From Ranitomeya imitator (lineage: Eukaryota): a DNA stretch of 64,000 nt. The DNA is taken from assembly GCF_032444005.1 (NCBI RefSeq), contig NC_091289.1:172360001-172424000 (forward strand), in the 5' to 3' direction. The notes under the pieces are model-generated. The model saw only the letters and a list, made by a program, of their open reading frames with translations. It did not search any database and was not told the DNA's origin. Shown one piece after another: positions 35,920-49,900 of the stretch (position 1 is the stretch's first letter; the number at the start of each line of letters is the position of its first letter). Both the position numbers and the translations under genes were made by a program.

Positions 35920-36487
35920 TTAACACATTCCCTAGTTTATTCAGATTCAGCTTGTGGGGCTCTTGAATTTCTGAGTTTCTTGGCACAAAATTTACCAAAT
36001 AATTAAAAAAAATCAAACTTTTATATCCATTTCCCTGTTTCTATCTTTAAAATTAAGATTGATTTTTAAACATCACATATCTCTATGGAGAAAGGCGAAA
36101 TGATGTTACCCATCAATGTGACCGCGCTGTATCAGAGAAGGAACAGTGTGCGCATTGTCTTTGTTTCTACTTTATCTTCTCTCCTAAGAAGAAGCTCGGG
36201 GCTTTTTATATTAGATTCAGCAGACTTTTGGTACAAACCTTCACATATTCACATATTACTTCTCTAATATTGAGAGGCCACTCACAATTGTTCTGGGTTG
36301 CCCTTATTGATGCTGGTGGCTACATTTAAGAACATTTTGTCTACACTGAACAAAAATATAAATGCAAAACTTTTGGTTTTGTTCTCATTTTTCATGACCT
36401 GAACTCAAAGATCTAAGACTTTTTCTTTTTATACCAAAGCCCCATTTCTCTGAAATATTGTTCTCAAATGTATCTAAATCTGTGTTA

Positions 36488-37682
36488 GGCTGGTTTCACA
36501 TTTGCGTTTTTTTCCGCAGCGTTTGTACCGCATATAAACTCATGCGTCGTGTTTTCCTATATTTAACATTAAAAATGCATGCGTTTTTTTTTGTTCGCGT
36601 TTTGCCGCGTTCGTCGCTTGCGGCTTGGCGCGGAAATGCAACATGTAGTAATTTCAAGAGGTGTCTATTTGCCACCAGGAAACGCATGCGTTCGATTGCG
36701 CAAGGTTTGCGTCAAAAAAACGCATTGCTGTCTATGTAAACGCATGCGTTTTTAAGCACATGCGTTTGGTTGCGTTTTTGAATGCATGCGTTTCAATAGA
36801 GAAAAACAAGTCTAGACACTGATAAGCCACCCCCCAACATCAAGGTGATAAAGGGATCCAAACCCTAACCCTAGCCCTAACCCTAGCCCTAACCCTAACC
36901 ATCAAGGTGATAAAGGGATCCAAACCCTAACCCTAAGCCACCATCAAGGTGATAAAGGGATCCTAACCCTAACCCTAGCCCTAACCCTAGCCCTAAACCT
37001 AGCCCTAACCCTAACCCTAGCCCTAACCCTAACCCTAATGGGAAAATGAAAATAAATACATTTTTTTAATTTTTCCCTAACTAAGGAGTTGATGAAGGGG
37101 GTTTGATTTCTATTTATAGGGGGTTTTCTAGTGGATTTTTATGATTGGCAGCTGGCACACACTTAAAAGACGCTTTTTATTCCAAAAAATATTTTTTGCG
37201 TCACCACATTTTGAGAGCTACAATTTTTCCATATTTGGGTCCACAGAGTCATGTGAGGTCTTGTTTTTTGCGGGACGAGTTGACATTTTTATTGGTAACA
37301 TTTTCGGGCACGTGACATTTTTGATCGCTTTTTATTCTGATTTTTGTGAAGCAGAATGAACAAAAACCAGCTACTCATGAATTTCTTTTGGGGGGCCATT
37401 TATACCACTCTGCGTTTCGTCATAATTCACGCCCTCTGTAGTCCCATTGGCGGTGTCTGGATCTTGATTTTTCTCTTGTGAAATTTCTCATCATGCGTAC
37501 CAAAAGCGCAAACGCAGGAAAAAATGCATGTAATCGCGTACAAACGCGGCATTTTTTTAACCGCATGCGATAACGCATGCGTCTAAAAAACGCAGCATTT
37601 GTACGCGTTTACATGCATTTTTTTCACCACTTGCGGATGCGTTTTAAACGCTGCGGATTTAAACGCAAATGTGAAACTAGCC
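36488..37682. mobile_element. PIF/Harbinger-type MITE
   Basis: 19-bp TIRs GGCTGGTTTCACATTTGCG / CGCAAATGTGAAACTAGCC (one mismatch) with a TTA TSD. Confidence 0.88.
36838..37036. repeat. Telomere-like (CCCTAA/CCCTAG)n blocks alternating with a ~25-bp spacer
   Basis: Three CATCAAGGTGATAAAGGGATCC units, each followed by CCCTAA/CCCTAG hexamers. Confidence 0.9.
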
Positions 37683-39949
37683 TTAGCGAGACCTTCTCCT
37701 TTGCCGAGATCATCCATCCTCCTCACAGGTGTGGCATATCCAGATGCTGATTAGACACATGTATGCCTCGGGTGGCCACAATAAATGGGCGCTCTAAAAT
37801 GTGCATTTTTATCACACCGCACAATGCCACAGATGTCGCTAGTTTTGAGGGAGCGTGCAATTGGCATGCTGACTGCAGAAACGTTCACCAGATCTGTTGT
37901 CTGTGAATTGGATATTGATTTCTCTACCATCTGGAGGAATTCAACCCAAAACAGGTGCGGTCGATTCCTCAGAAGCATTAAGCAGCGGTATGCTGCTGAA
38001 GGGAGGAAGTTGGTAGCGGTGCTCCGGGAAGGATTTAGGGTCTTGACTTCACTCTGGAAGCCTAATGCAGATGTACAGGTAGTCTCAGTGATGACTTTGT
38101 CTGGAAGTTTATTGGCCCTGTGTGGAATAAGAAGGAGAGATTTTAAAAGACACCTGAAAAGTGACTAAGGTGCCCTCTAAGCAGAAGCATCCTCCTGCAG
38201 CCCAAGTTCCGGTGAGCCGAAGTAGGCTATGTTGGAAAGAGGGGTAGTTCTGGAGAATGCCACTCAGTGAAAGGCTGGAGACCAATCGGGCCTCCAGCAA
38301 AAGCTCAGTTTAAGGCAGAAGAGCCTTAGTTTGAAGGACTATTTTTAGTACCTTTTTGGCATAAGGTCTGTGTTTTTGTTCTGAAAGGACTTTCCCCCCC
38401 TTGTAAGAACGTTGTCCCCAAGGGACTGTGAGCTTGCTGTGTAGGCAGAGCTGTGCAGTTAAATAACTGTGTCTCCAAGTCCTAATGACTGTTGGTGAGG
38501 GGAAGGGAGACGGGCGACCCTGTGCCCTTGTTTGGTCAGGAATCTTAAGAACTGTGTCCTTGGACAGGGAAGGTTGTTGCTGTTTTGGCCTGCGAGCCTC
38601 TGTTAAGGGATATGGGCACTTTATTCTTGTGCCCTTTAACCGAAAAGTGAGAAGAATATGTCCAGATGAAGGCGATGATTGCATATGTTTTATTGTGTGC
38701 TAACCTTTCCTTTTAGGTTTGGTATGGTCGAGGACGACCATAATTAAAGTGAAGAGGAATGTAAGATGGTGGCTGAAGGATCCTGCACCCCCTGATGACT
38801 ACTGCAAGAAGTACAGGGATTTAACTACAGAGGGCTGGGGTAAGGTGATTTTCTCTTTTGAAGCCCTCAACTGAATGTTTGGGACATCTGTAAGAATGAA
38901 TGTCTGGAGAAGAATAGGTGTTCGCTACTATGAGTCCTGTGTCATGCCAACAGTAAGGCATCCTGAGAACATGGAGGCTTTTTATCCAAGGAGAGGGCTC
39001 ACTCACAGGTTTGCCCAAGAACACTGCCATGAATTAGTATCTATAACAATAGTATCTGAACATCCTGCAAGACCAAATGTCTGTCCAAGAAATACTCACT
39101 TGGGAAAATCAGCTGTTTCCTTGGAATGACAAAAGTTGGACCTTTGCTAAAAGTTGGAGAAATTAGACAGATGGTTTTCTTTCCACTGGAGAAGAGATGA
39201 TTTGCATTCAATTTTTCCCAAGGTGCATTGTCTGGTCTATAAGACTTCTCACACCAGCTGATTTTCACTGGTAAAAACATTATTCCCCTAGATCGTCAAG
39301 CAGCATATAAAGTTACACAATGAGTCCTAAGGCACAACATATAAACTTTTGTGGGAAATTATTTAATTATAAGACATTTCAGACCAAAACTACCCTTGAC
39401 GTTTCACCACATTTTGGGCTTCTTCTGAATTTTTCTTGGTGCAATCTTTAGTTTACAAAGTATTCTTACATGGTGTAGTGCATTGAATAAAAAAGTGTGA
39501 ATGATGAACCGTATCTATGGTAGTTAATGGCATCATTATCGATAATGCACAGATCTTAGTGTTATGGTGCATAGAGTATCATTACAGGCAGGGCTGCCAC
39601 TAGAAATTTCGGGGCCCCATACTGGCAAAATTATCGGGGCCCCCTTGAGACTCCGCCCAGGCTCCACCCCAGCCCCGCCTCCAGGCTCCACCCCTCGAAC
39701 TGTCCACAGTCCCACCGCTCTCTCTTGGAAAAACTCCACTTCTCACCAATCACACATTAACAGTTCCCATCACCAGATCACACATATAGCAGGCAGCTTT
39801 TGTTTTGGCCAAAAGATTTTTTAAGCCGCCACCATAACATGGTAGACACTTTTGGCCGGGCCATACTCTGCTGTAACCTATTAAAATGTTAAAATATGCA
39901 ATATAATTTAGGTATATTTTTATTTATTTTTCAATTTTTAAAATGCCCA

Positions 39950-40160
39950 ATAATATCACATAGAAGGAACAAATACCACAACACCATGACCAGATGACAT
40001 ATTACCACCACAGTGATCGAATAATATCACATACAAGGAACAAATACCACAACACCATGTCCAGACCACATATTACCACCACAGTGATCGAATAATATCA
40101 CATACAAGGAACAAATACCACAACACCATGTCCAGACCACATATTACCACCACATAGTGA
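39950..40160. repeat. 71-bp tandem repeat (~3 copies) inside the hAT element
   Basis: AAGGAAC recurs at 39964, 40035 and 40106. Confidence 0.9.
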
Positions 40161-40689
40161 CTGAATACTACAATTCTGATCAGTAATTTTTAAAAAAGCA
40201 CCATACTATCACCATAAGTGCCATTATACACAGGAGATCTGTACTTAGTATGCAGTGTCTGTGTACAGATAATATAGTGATCACTAGTGAAATTATACAC
40301 AGGAGCTCTGTATACAGTGTATAGTGTCAGTGTATAGGTAACACACTGACTCACCAGTGACGTCTCTAGGTGAAGTCCTTCATCTTTCATCCAGTACAGA
40401 CCGCCATCATTTCATCCAGCCAGGACTTCTCTCTGCAGGAAATAACACAGTTATCTCGAGCTCCGCTTGCGGAACACATTACTTAATTTTTCACAACTTC
40501 TACATTACACCACATGAAGAAGGCGACATAGTATCACTCTATACAGTAACAGGACCGCCCCCCATTTAAAACAGTATACTCAAAAAATAAAATAAATACA
40601 TCACTGCAGTAATAATATCCCTAAATTAGCCCCTATGGTATTAATAATATCACCCAGCCTGGCCCCGTGTGTCTCATTCCTGGCGTCAG

Positions 40690-42725
40690 CCAGATATTCT
40701 CCCATCCTGCCCTCATGAGTATCCATTCTGCCCCATATGATCTCCTTATCCTGCCCCATATGATCGCCCCATGTGATCTCTCCATCCTGCCCCATCTGTC
40801 TCCATCATATCCATCCTGCCCCATGATCCTGCACGATCTGTCTCCAATTCTGCCCCCAGTGACTCCAATCATGCCCCATGTCTCCATTCTGCCCCCTATG
40901 TCTCCAACCATGCCGCCATGTCTGCAATCCTGACACTTGTCTCCAATCATGCCCCCTGTGTCTCCATTCTGCCCCATCTGTCTCCAATCCTGCCCCATCT
41001 GTCTCCAGTCATGCCCCCATGTCTTTCATCCTGCCCCGTGTCTCCAATCATGCCACGTATCTCCATTCTGCCCCGTGTCTCGCATTCTGCCCCTGGGTCT
41101 CACAGTCTGCCCCTGTGTCCAGCATTCTGCACCTGTCACTGTGTCCAGCATTCTGCCCCTGTCACTGTGTCCAGCATTTCTGCCCCACTGTGTCCAGCAT
41201 TCTGCCCCACTGTGTCCAGCATTCTGCCCCACTGTGTCCAACATTCTGCCCCACTGTGTGTCCAGCATTCTGCCCCACTGTGTCCAGCATTCTGCCCCAC
41301 TGTGTCCAGCATTCTGCCCCACTGTGTCTCGCATTCTGCCCCACTGTGTCCAGCATTCTGCCCCTGTCACTGTGTCTCGCATTCTGCCCCAATGTCCAGC
41401 ATTCTGCCCCTGTCACTGTGTCCAGCATTTCTGCCCCTGTCTCCAGCATTCTGCCCCACTGTGTGTCCAGCATTCTGCCCCACTGTGTGTCCAGCATTCT
41501 GCCCCACTGTGTGTCCAGCATTCTGCCCCACTGTGTGTCCAGCATTCTGCCCCACTGTGTGTCCAGCATTTCTGCCCCACTGTGTCCAGCATTTCTGCCC
41601 CACTGTGTCCAGCATTTCTGCCCCACTGTGTCCAGCATTTCTGCCCCACTGTGTCCAGCATTTCTGCCCCACTGTGTCCAGCATTTCTGCCCCACTGTGT
41701 CCAGCATTTCTACCCCACTGTGTCCAGCATTTCTGCCCCACTGTGTCCAGCATTTCTGCCCCACTGTGTCCAGCATTTCTGCCCCACTGTGTCCAGCATT
41801 TCTGCCCCACTGTGTCCAGCATTTCTGCCCCACTGTGTCCAGCATTCTGCCCCACTGTGTCCAGCATTTCTGCCCCACTGTGTCCAGCATTTCTGCCCCT
41901 GTGTCCACCATTCTGTCCCACTGTGTCCAGCATTTCTGCCCCACTGTGTCCAGCATTTCTGCCCCACTGTGTCCAGCATTTCTGCCCCACTGTGTCCAGC
42001 ATTTCTGCCCCACTGTGTCCAGCATTTCTGCCCCACTGTGTCCAGCATTTCTGCCCCACTGTGTCCAGCATTTCTGCCCCACTGTGTCCAGCATTTCTGC
42101 CCCACTATGTCCAGCATTTCTGCCCCACTGTGTCCAGCATTTCTGCCCCTGTGTGTCCACATTTCTGCCCCACTGTGTCCAGCATTCTGCCCCACTGTGT
42201 CCACCATTCTGCCCCACTGTGTCCGGCATTTCTGCCCCTGTGTGTCCAGCATTCTGCCCCACTGTGTCCACCATTCTGCCCCTGTGTGTCCACCATTCTG
42301 CCCCTGTGTGTCCACCATTCTGCCCCTGTGTGTCCACCATTCTGTCCCACTGTGTCCAGCATTTCTGCCCCACTGTGTCCAGCATTCTGCCCCACTGTGT
42401 CCACCATTCTGCCCCACTGTGTCCGGCATTTCTGCCCCTGTGTGTCCAGCATTCTGCCCCACTGTGTCCACCATTCTGCCCCTGTGTGTCCACCATTCTG
42501 CCCCTGTGTGTCCACCATTCTGCCCCACTGTGTCCAGCATTTCTGCCCCACTGTGTCCAGCATTTCTGCCCCTGTGTGTCCACCATTCTGCCCCACTGTG
42601 TCCACCATTCTGCCCCACTGTGTCCAGCATTTCTGCCCCACTGTGTCCGGCATTTCTGCCCCTGTGTGTCCAGCATTCTGCCCCACTGTGTCCACCATTC
42701 TTCCCCTGTGTGTCCATCATCCTGC
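40690..42725. repeat. 22-24-bp minisatellite (~2 kb, ~90 copies) inside the hAT element
   Basis: Unit TGTGTCCAGCATT(T)CTGCCCCAC with variants; degenerate at the left edge. Confidence 0.95.
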
Positions 42726-43949
42726 CCCCCGGATCGCAGCAGCTCTCAAAGAAAAAAAAAAACACAACTTCTTACCTGGCCAAGCTCCAGCGCCGGGTGA
42801 AGCTCCCTCTCCAGGCTCCACACAGACGCACTCGCCGCCGGGCCCGGCGGCTGACAATGACGTCAGACGCCGGCAACGCCGGCGAGTGCGCACTGCGGCC
42901 CTATTCAGCCGCCAGCCTCAGACTGGCTGGCAGCTGTTAACTATTGACGTGCGGGCGCGGGCCCGCACGTCAATAGTGTGCCGCTGCCGCAGCGCCTGCA
43001 GGGGGGGCCCGGTGACCAGATGAGACGGGGCCCGATGCGGGCCCCCTCTGCTCACCGGGCCCCATACGCCAGTCACGGCTGTCATGCCCTGATGGCGGCC
43101 CTGATTACAGGGATGCGTTATACAAAGTAAAAAATGGGAACTGGTCACTGTTGCTCATCAAATGACCAATTTTGTTGGAAACATGTTTAACCTCTACCTT
43201 AAAAGCCTTTGATTTGCTGTATCTGCCTGTTTTATAATAATTAAACTACATAAAGAACATCAAAACACTAAATGTAAAAATCCCACACATTTTCTTTTTA
43301 CCTCTGATGTCTGCAGAGAGCCCTCACGCCTATTGAGAAATAATTATTGTCATCATGAATAATTTCATATGTTTGTTCTTCATGTGAAAAATGCATTTAT
43401 AAAAACAGAAAAACATACAGCTCATCCCAGTTTTTTAGCTTACAAATAAGAAACACACAATTCCATTAAACGTACAAAAAAACAAGAATAATCATAATAA
43501 CCAAACAATTAATTTCTAATCATGTTGCTCCATAAGTTCAAAATTCATTACTAAAATTGTAATAGATGGAGATCTATCTGAAACAGAGTTCCAAATCCCA
43601 ACACATCAGGGGTCAAACTGTACCGTACCCAACCAATCACTCATCATCCTCATCAACATCACTGTCACATCACTGTGATTACTACCTCTGTATTGTGACG
43701 TCAGCGAGTCTATTATCTCTGTACGGTGACATCAGTGGATATATTTTCTCTATTCTCACTTTACCTATTTTTGTATTTTTTCGTTAATAGAGATTTGCTT
43801 TTCAAACCTTTTTCGAGTGCTCACTATGTTAGTCTGGTCACTTTTATACGCTAGTCTAGGTAAATTGATTTTCTGTGTCTCCCATATAGTAACACTAAAT
43901 ATGTTTTGCTTAAGATTTATTGTACTTATCATGATGATTTTTATTCTGT

Positions 43950-46900
43950 AATATCACTGTATTTATTATCCTTGTACTGTGACATCACTGTATTTATTAT
44001 CCTTGTACTGTGACATCGTAGTGTTCATTATCCCAGTACTGTGACATCATTGTGTTTATTATCCCAGTACTGTGACATCATTGTGTGTATTATCCCTGTA
44101 CTGTGACATCACTGTGTGTATTATCCCTGTACTGTGACATTACTGTGTGTATTATCCCTGTACTGTGACATCACTGTGTGTATTATCCCTGTACTGTGAC
44201 ATTACTGTGTGTATTATCCCTGTACTGTGACATCACTGTATGTATTATCCCTGTACTGTGACATCACTGTGTTTATTATCCCTGTACTGTGACATCACTG
44301 TGTGTATTATCCCTGTACTGTGACATCACTGTATGTATTATCCCTGTACTGGGACATCACTGTGTGTATTATCCCTGTACTGTGACATCACTGTGTGTAT
44401 TATCCCTGTACTGTGACATCACTGTGTGTATTATCCCTGTACTGTGACATCACTGTATGTATTATCCCTGTACTGTGACATCACTGTGTATATTATCCCT
44501 GTACTGTGACATCATTGTGTCTATTATCCCTGTACTGTGACATCACTGTGTATATTATCCCTGTACTGTGACATCACTGTATGTATTATCCCTGTACTGT
44601 GACATCACTGTGTGTATTATCCCTGTACTGTGACATCACTGTATGTATTATCCCTGTACTGTGACATCACTGTGTGTATTATCCCTGTATTGTGACATCA
44701 CTGTGTGTATTATCCCTGTACTGTGACATCACTGTGTATATTATCCCTGTACTGTGACATCATTGTGTGTATTATCCCTGTACTGTGACATCACTGTGTG
44801 TATTATCCCTGTACTGTGACATCACTGTGTATATTATCCCTGTACTGTGACATCATTGTGTGTATTATCCCTGTACTGTGACATCATTGTGTGTATTATC
44901 CCTGTACTGTGACATCACTGTGTATATTATCCCTGTACTGTGACATCACTGTGTATATTATCCCTGTACTGTGACATCACTGTGTATATTATCTCTGTAC
45001 TGTGACATCACTGTGTGCATTATCCCTGTACTGTGACATCACTGTGTATATTATCTCTTTTCTGTGACATCACTGTGTTCATTATCCCAGTACTGTGACA
45101 TCACTGTGTATATTATCCATGTACTGTGACATCATTGTGTATATTAACTCTTTTCTGTGACATCACCGTGTTTATTATGCCTGTACTGTGATATCATTGT
45201 GTGTATTATCCCTGTACTGTGACATCACTGTGTTTATTATCCCTGTACTGTGACATCACTGTCTATATTATCCCTGTACTGTGACATCACTGTGTGTATT
45301 ATCCCTGCACTGTGACATCATTGTGTGTATTATCCCTGTACTGTGACATCATTGTGTATATTATCCCTGTACTGTGACATCATTGTGTTTATTATCCGTG
45401 TACTGTGACATCATTGTGTGTATTATCCCTGTACTGTGACATCACTGTGTATATTATCTCTTTTCTGTGACATCACTGTGTTCATTATCCCAGTACTGTG
45501 ACATCACTGTGTATATTATCCCTGTACTGTGACATCATTGTGTATATTAACTCTTTTCTGTGACATCACCGTGTTTATTATGCCTGTACTGTGACATCAC
45601 TGTGTGTATTATCCCTGTACCGTGACATCATTGTGTGTATTATCCCTGTACTGTGACATCATTGTGTATATTATCCCTGTACTGTGACATCATTGTGTAT
45701 ATTATCCCTGTACTGTGACATCACTGTGTGTATTATCCCTGTACTGTGACATCATTGTGTGCATTATCCCTGTACTGTGACATCATTGTGTGTATTATCC
45801 CTGTACTGTGACATCATTGTGTATTATCCCTGTACTGTGACATCATTGTGTATTATCCCTGTACTGTGACATCATTGTGTATTATCCCTGTACTGTGACA
45901 TCATTGTGTATTATCCCTGTACTGTGACATCATTGTGTTTATTATCCCTGTACTGTGACATCATTGTGTATTATCCCTGTACTGTGACATCACTGTGTAT
46001 TATCCCTGTACTGTGACATCATTGTGTATTATCCCTGTACTGTGACATCATTGTGTGTATTATCCCTGTACTGTGACATCATTGTGTATATTATCTCTGT
46101 ACTGTGACATCACTGTGTTTGTTATCCCTGTACTGTGACATCACTGTGTGTATTATCCCTGTACTGTGACATCACTGTGTTTGTTATCCCTGTACTGTGA
46201 CATCACTGTGTTTGTTATCTAGGTACTGTGACATCACTGTGTGTATTATCCCTGTACTGTGACATCACTGTGTTTATTATCCTTGTACTGTGACATCACT
46301 GTGTGTATTATCCCTGTACTGTGATATCACTGTGTGTATTATCCCTGTACTGTGACATCATTGTGTTTATTATCCCTGTACTGTGACATCATTGTGTGTA
46401 TTATCCCTGTACTGTGACATCACTGTGTATATTATCTCTGTACTGTGACATCACTGTGTTTATTATCTCTGTACTGTGACATCACTGTGTTTATTATCTC
46501 TGTACTGTGACATCACTGTGTGTATTATCCCTGTACTGTGACATCATTGTGTTTATTATCTCTGTACTGTGACATCACTGTGTGTATTATCCCTGTACTG
46601 TGACATCCCTGTGTATATTGTCTCTGTACTGTGACATCACTGTGTGCATTATCCCTGTACTGTGACATCACTGTGTGTATTATCCCTGTACTGTGACATC
46701 ACTGTGTGTATTATCCCTGTACTGTGACATCACTGTGTGTATTATCTCTGTACTGTGACATCACTGTGTGTATTATCCCTGTACTGTGACATCATTGTGT
46801 ATATTATCCCTATACTGTGACATCATTGTGTGTATTATCCCTGTACTGTGACATCATTGTGTGTATTATTCCTGTACTGTGACATCATTCTGTATTATCC

Positions 46901-49900
46901 CTGTACTGTAACATCACTGTGTATATTATCCCTATACTGTGACATCACTGTGTGTATTATCCCTGTACTGTGACATCATTGTGTTATTATCCCTGTACTG
47001 TGACATCATTGTGTATATTATCCCTGTACTGTGACATCATTGTGTATATTATCTATGTACTGTGACATCACTGTGTTTGTTATCCCTGTACTGTGACATC
47101 ACTGTGTTTGTTATCCCTGTACTGTGACACCACTGTGTGTATTATCCCTGTACTGTGACATCACTGTGTGTATTATCCCTGTACTGTGACACCACTTTGT
47201 GTATTATCCCTGTACTGTAACATCACTGTGTATATTATCCCTATACTGTGACATCACTGTGTGTATTATCCCTGTACTGTGACATCATTGTGTTATTATC
47301 CCTGTACTGTGACATCATTGTGTATATTATCCCTGTACTGTGACATCATTGTGTATATTATCTATGTACTGTGACATCACTGTGTTTGTTATCCCTGTAC
47401 TGTGACATCACTGTGTTTGTTATCCCTGTACTGTGACACCACTGTGTGTATTATCCCTGTACTGTGACATCACTGTGTGTATTATCCCTGTACTGTGACA
47501 TCATTGTGTATATTATCCCTATACTGTGACATCACTGTGTGTATTATCCCTGTACTGTGACATCATTGTGTTATTATCCCTGTACTGTGACATCATTGTG
47601 TATATTATCCCTGTACTGTGACATCATTGTGTATATTATCTATGTACTGTGACATCACTGTGTTTGTTATCCCTGTACTGTGACATCACTGTGTTTGTTA
47701 TCCCTGTACTGTGACACCACTGTGTGTATTATCCCTGTACTGTGACATCACTGTGTTTATTATCCTTGTACTGTGACATCACTGTGTGTATTATCCCTGT
47801 ACTGTGACATCACTGTGTGTATTATCTCTGTACTGTGACATCATTGTGTTTATTATCCCTGTACTGTGACATCACTGTGTATATTATCCCTGTACTGTGA
47901 CATCACTGTGTATATTATCTCTGTACTGTGACATCACTGTGTATATTATCTTTGAACTGTGACATCATTGTGTTTATTAACCCTGTACTGTGACATCACT
48001 GTGTATATTATCTCTGAACTGTGACATCACTGTGTGTATTATCGTTGTACTGTGACATCATTGTGTTTATTATCCCTGTACTGTGACATCACTGTGTATA
48101 TTATCTCTGTACTGTGACATCACTGTGTATATTATCTTTGAACTGTGACATCATTGTGTTTATTAACCCGGTACTGTGACATCACTGTGTATATTATCCC
48201 TGTACTGTGACATCACTGTGTGTATTATCCCTGTACTGTGACATCACTGTGTATATTATCCCTGTACTGTGACATCACTGTGTATATTATCCCTGTACTG
48301 TGACATCACTGTGTATATTATCCCTGTACTGTGACATCACTGTGTATATTATCCCTGTAATGTGATAACACTGTGTTTATTATCCCTGTACTGTGACATC
48401 ACTGTGTGTATTATCCCTGTACTGTGACATCATTGTGTTTATTATCCCTGTACTGTGACATCACTGTGTGTATTATTCCTGTACTGTGACATCACTGTGT
48501 GTATTATCCCTGTACTGTGACATCACTGTGTATATTATCCCTGTACTGTGACATCACTGTGTATATTATCCCTGTACTGTGACATCACTGTGTATATTAT
48601 CCCTGTAATGTGATAACACTGTGTTTATTATCTCTGTACTGTGACATCACTGTGTGTATTATCCCTGTACTGTGACATCATTGTGTTTATTATCCCTGTA
48701 CTGTGACATCACTGTGTGTATTATCCCTGTACTGTGACATCACTGTGTGTATTATCCCTGTACTGTGACATCACTGTGTATATTATCCCTGTACTGTGAC
48801 ATCATTGTGTTTATTATCCCTGTACTGTGACATCACTGTGTGTATTATCCCTGTACTGTGACATCACTGTGTGTATTATCCCTGTACTGTGACATCACTG
48901 TGTATATTATCCCTGTACTGTGACATCACTGTGTATATTATCTCTGTACTGTGACATCACTGTGTATATTATCCCTGTACTGTGACATCACTGTGTATAT
49001 TATCCCTGTACTGTGACATCACTGTGTATATTATCTCTGTACTGTGACATCACTGTGTATATTATCCCTGTACTGTGACATCATTGTGTATATTATCTAT
49101 GTACTGTGACATCACTGTGTTTGTTATCCCTGTACTGTGACATCACTGTGTTTGTTATCCCTGTACTGTGACACCACTGTGTGTATTATCCCTGTACTGT
49201 GACATCACTGTGTGTATTATCCCTGTACTGTGACATCATTGTGTATATTATCCCTATACTGTGACATCACTGTGTGTATTATCCCTGTACTGTGACATCA
49301 TTGTGTTATTATCCCTGTACTGTGACATCATTGTGTATATTATCCCTGTACTGTGACATCATTGTGTATATTATCTATGTACTGTGACATCACTGTGTTT
49401 GTTATCCCTGTACTGTGACATCACTGTGTTTGTTATCCCTGTACTGTGACACCACTGTGTGTATTATCCCTGTACTGTGACATCACTGTGTTTATTATCC
49501 TTGTACTGTGACATCACTGTGTGTATTATCCCTGTACTGTGACATCACTGTGTGTATTATCTCTGTACTGTGACATCACTGTGTGTATTATCCTTGTACT
49601 GTGACATCATTGTGTTTATTATCCCTGTACTGTGACATCACTGTGTATATTATCCCTGTACTGTGACATCACTGTGTATATTATCCCTGTACTGTGACAT
49701 CACTGTGTATATTATCTCTGTACTGTGACATCACTGTGTATATTATCTTTGAACTGTGACATCATTGTGTTTATTAACCCTGTACTGTGACATCACTGTG
49801 TATATTATCTCTGAACTGTGACATCATTGTGTGTATTATCTCTGTACTATGACATCACTGTGTGTATTATCGTTGTACTGTGACATCATTGTGTTTATTA

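Larger units (their letters stand above)
36344..37930 (+). mobile_element. Tc1-like left fragment interrupted by a Harbinger MITE
   Basis: TA|CACTGAACAAAAATATAAA terminus; sequence resumes after 37685; peptide RERAIGMLTAETFTRSVVCELDIDFSTI (Tc1 HTH). Confidence 0.7.
39589..43103. mobile_element. Non-autonomous hAT element (3515 bp)
   Basis: 11-bp TIRs CAGGGCTGCCA / TGGCGGCCCTG and a perfect 8-bp TSD ATTACAGG (39581-39588 and 43104-43111); no transposase. Confidence 0.92.

Noticed and set aside
36860-37036. Relic of a chromosome-end fusion
   Set aside because: Single orientation, short, mixed hexamers, and enclosed by MITE TIRs with a TSD.
40878-43023. Several 350-701-aa Cys/Pro/His- or Trp/Gly-rich ORFs
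   Set aside because: Open in all frames on both strands because the 22-24-bp unit has no stop codon; unit length varies without respect to frame.
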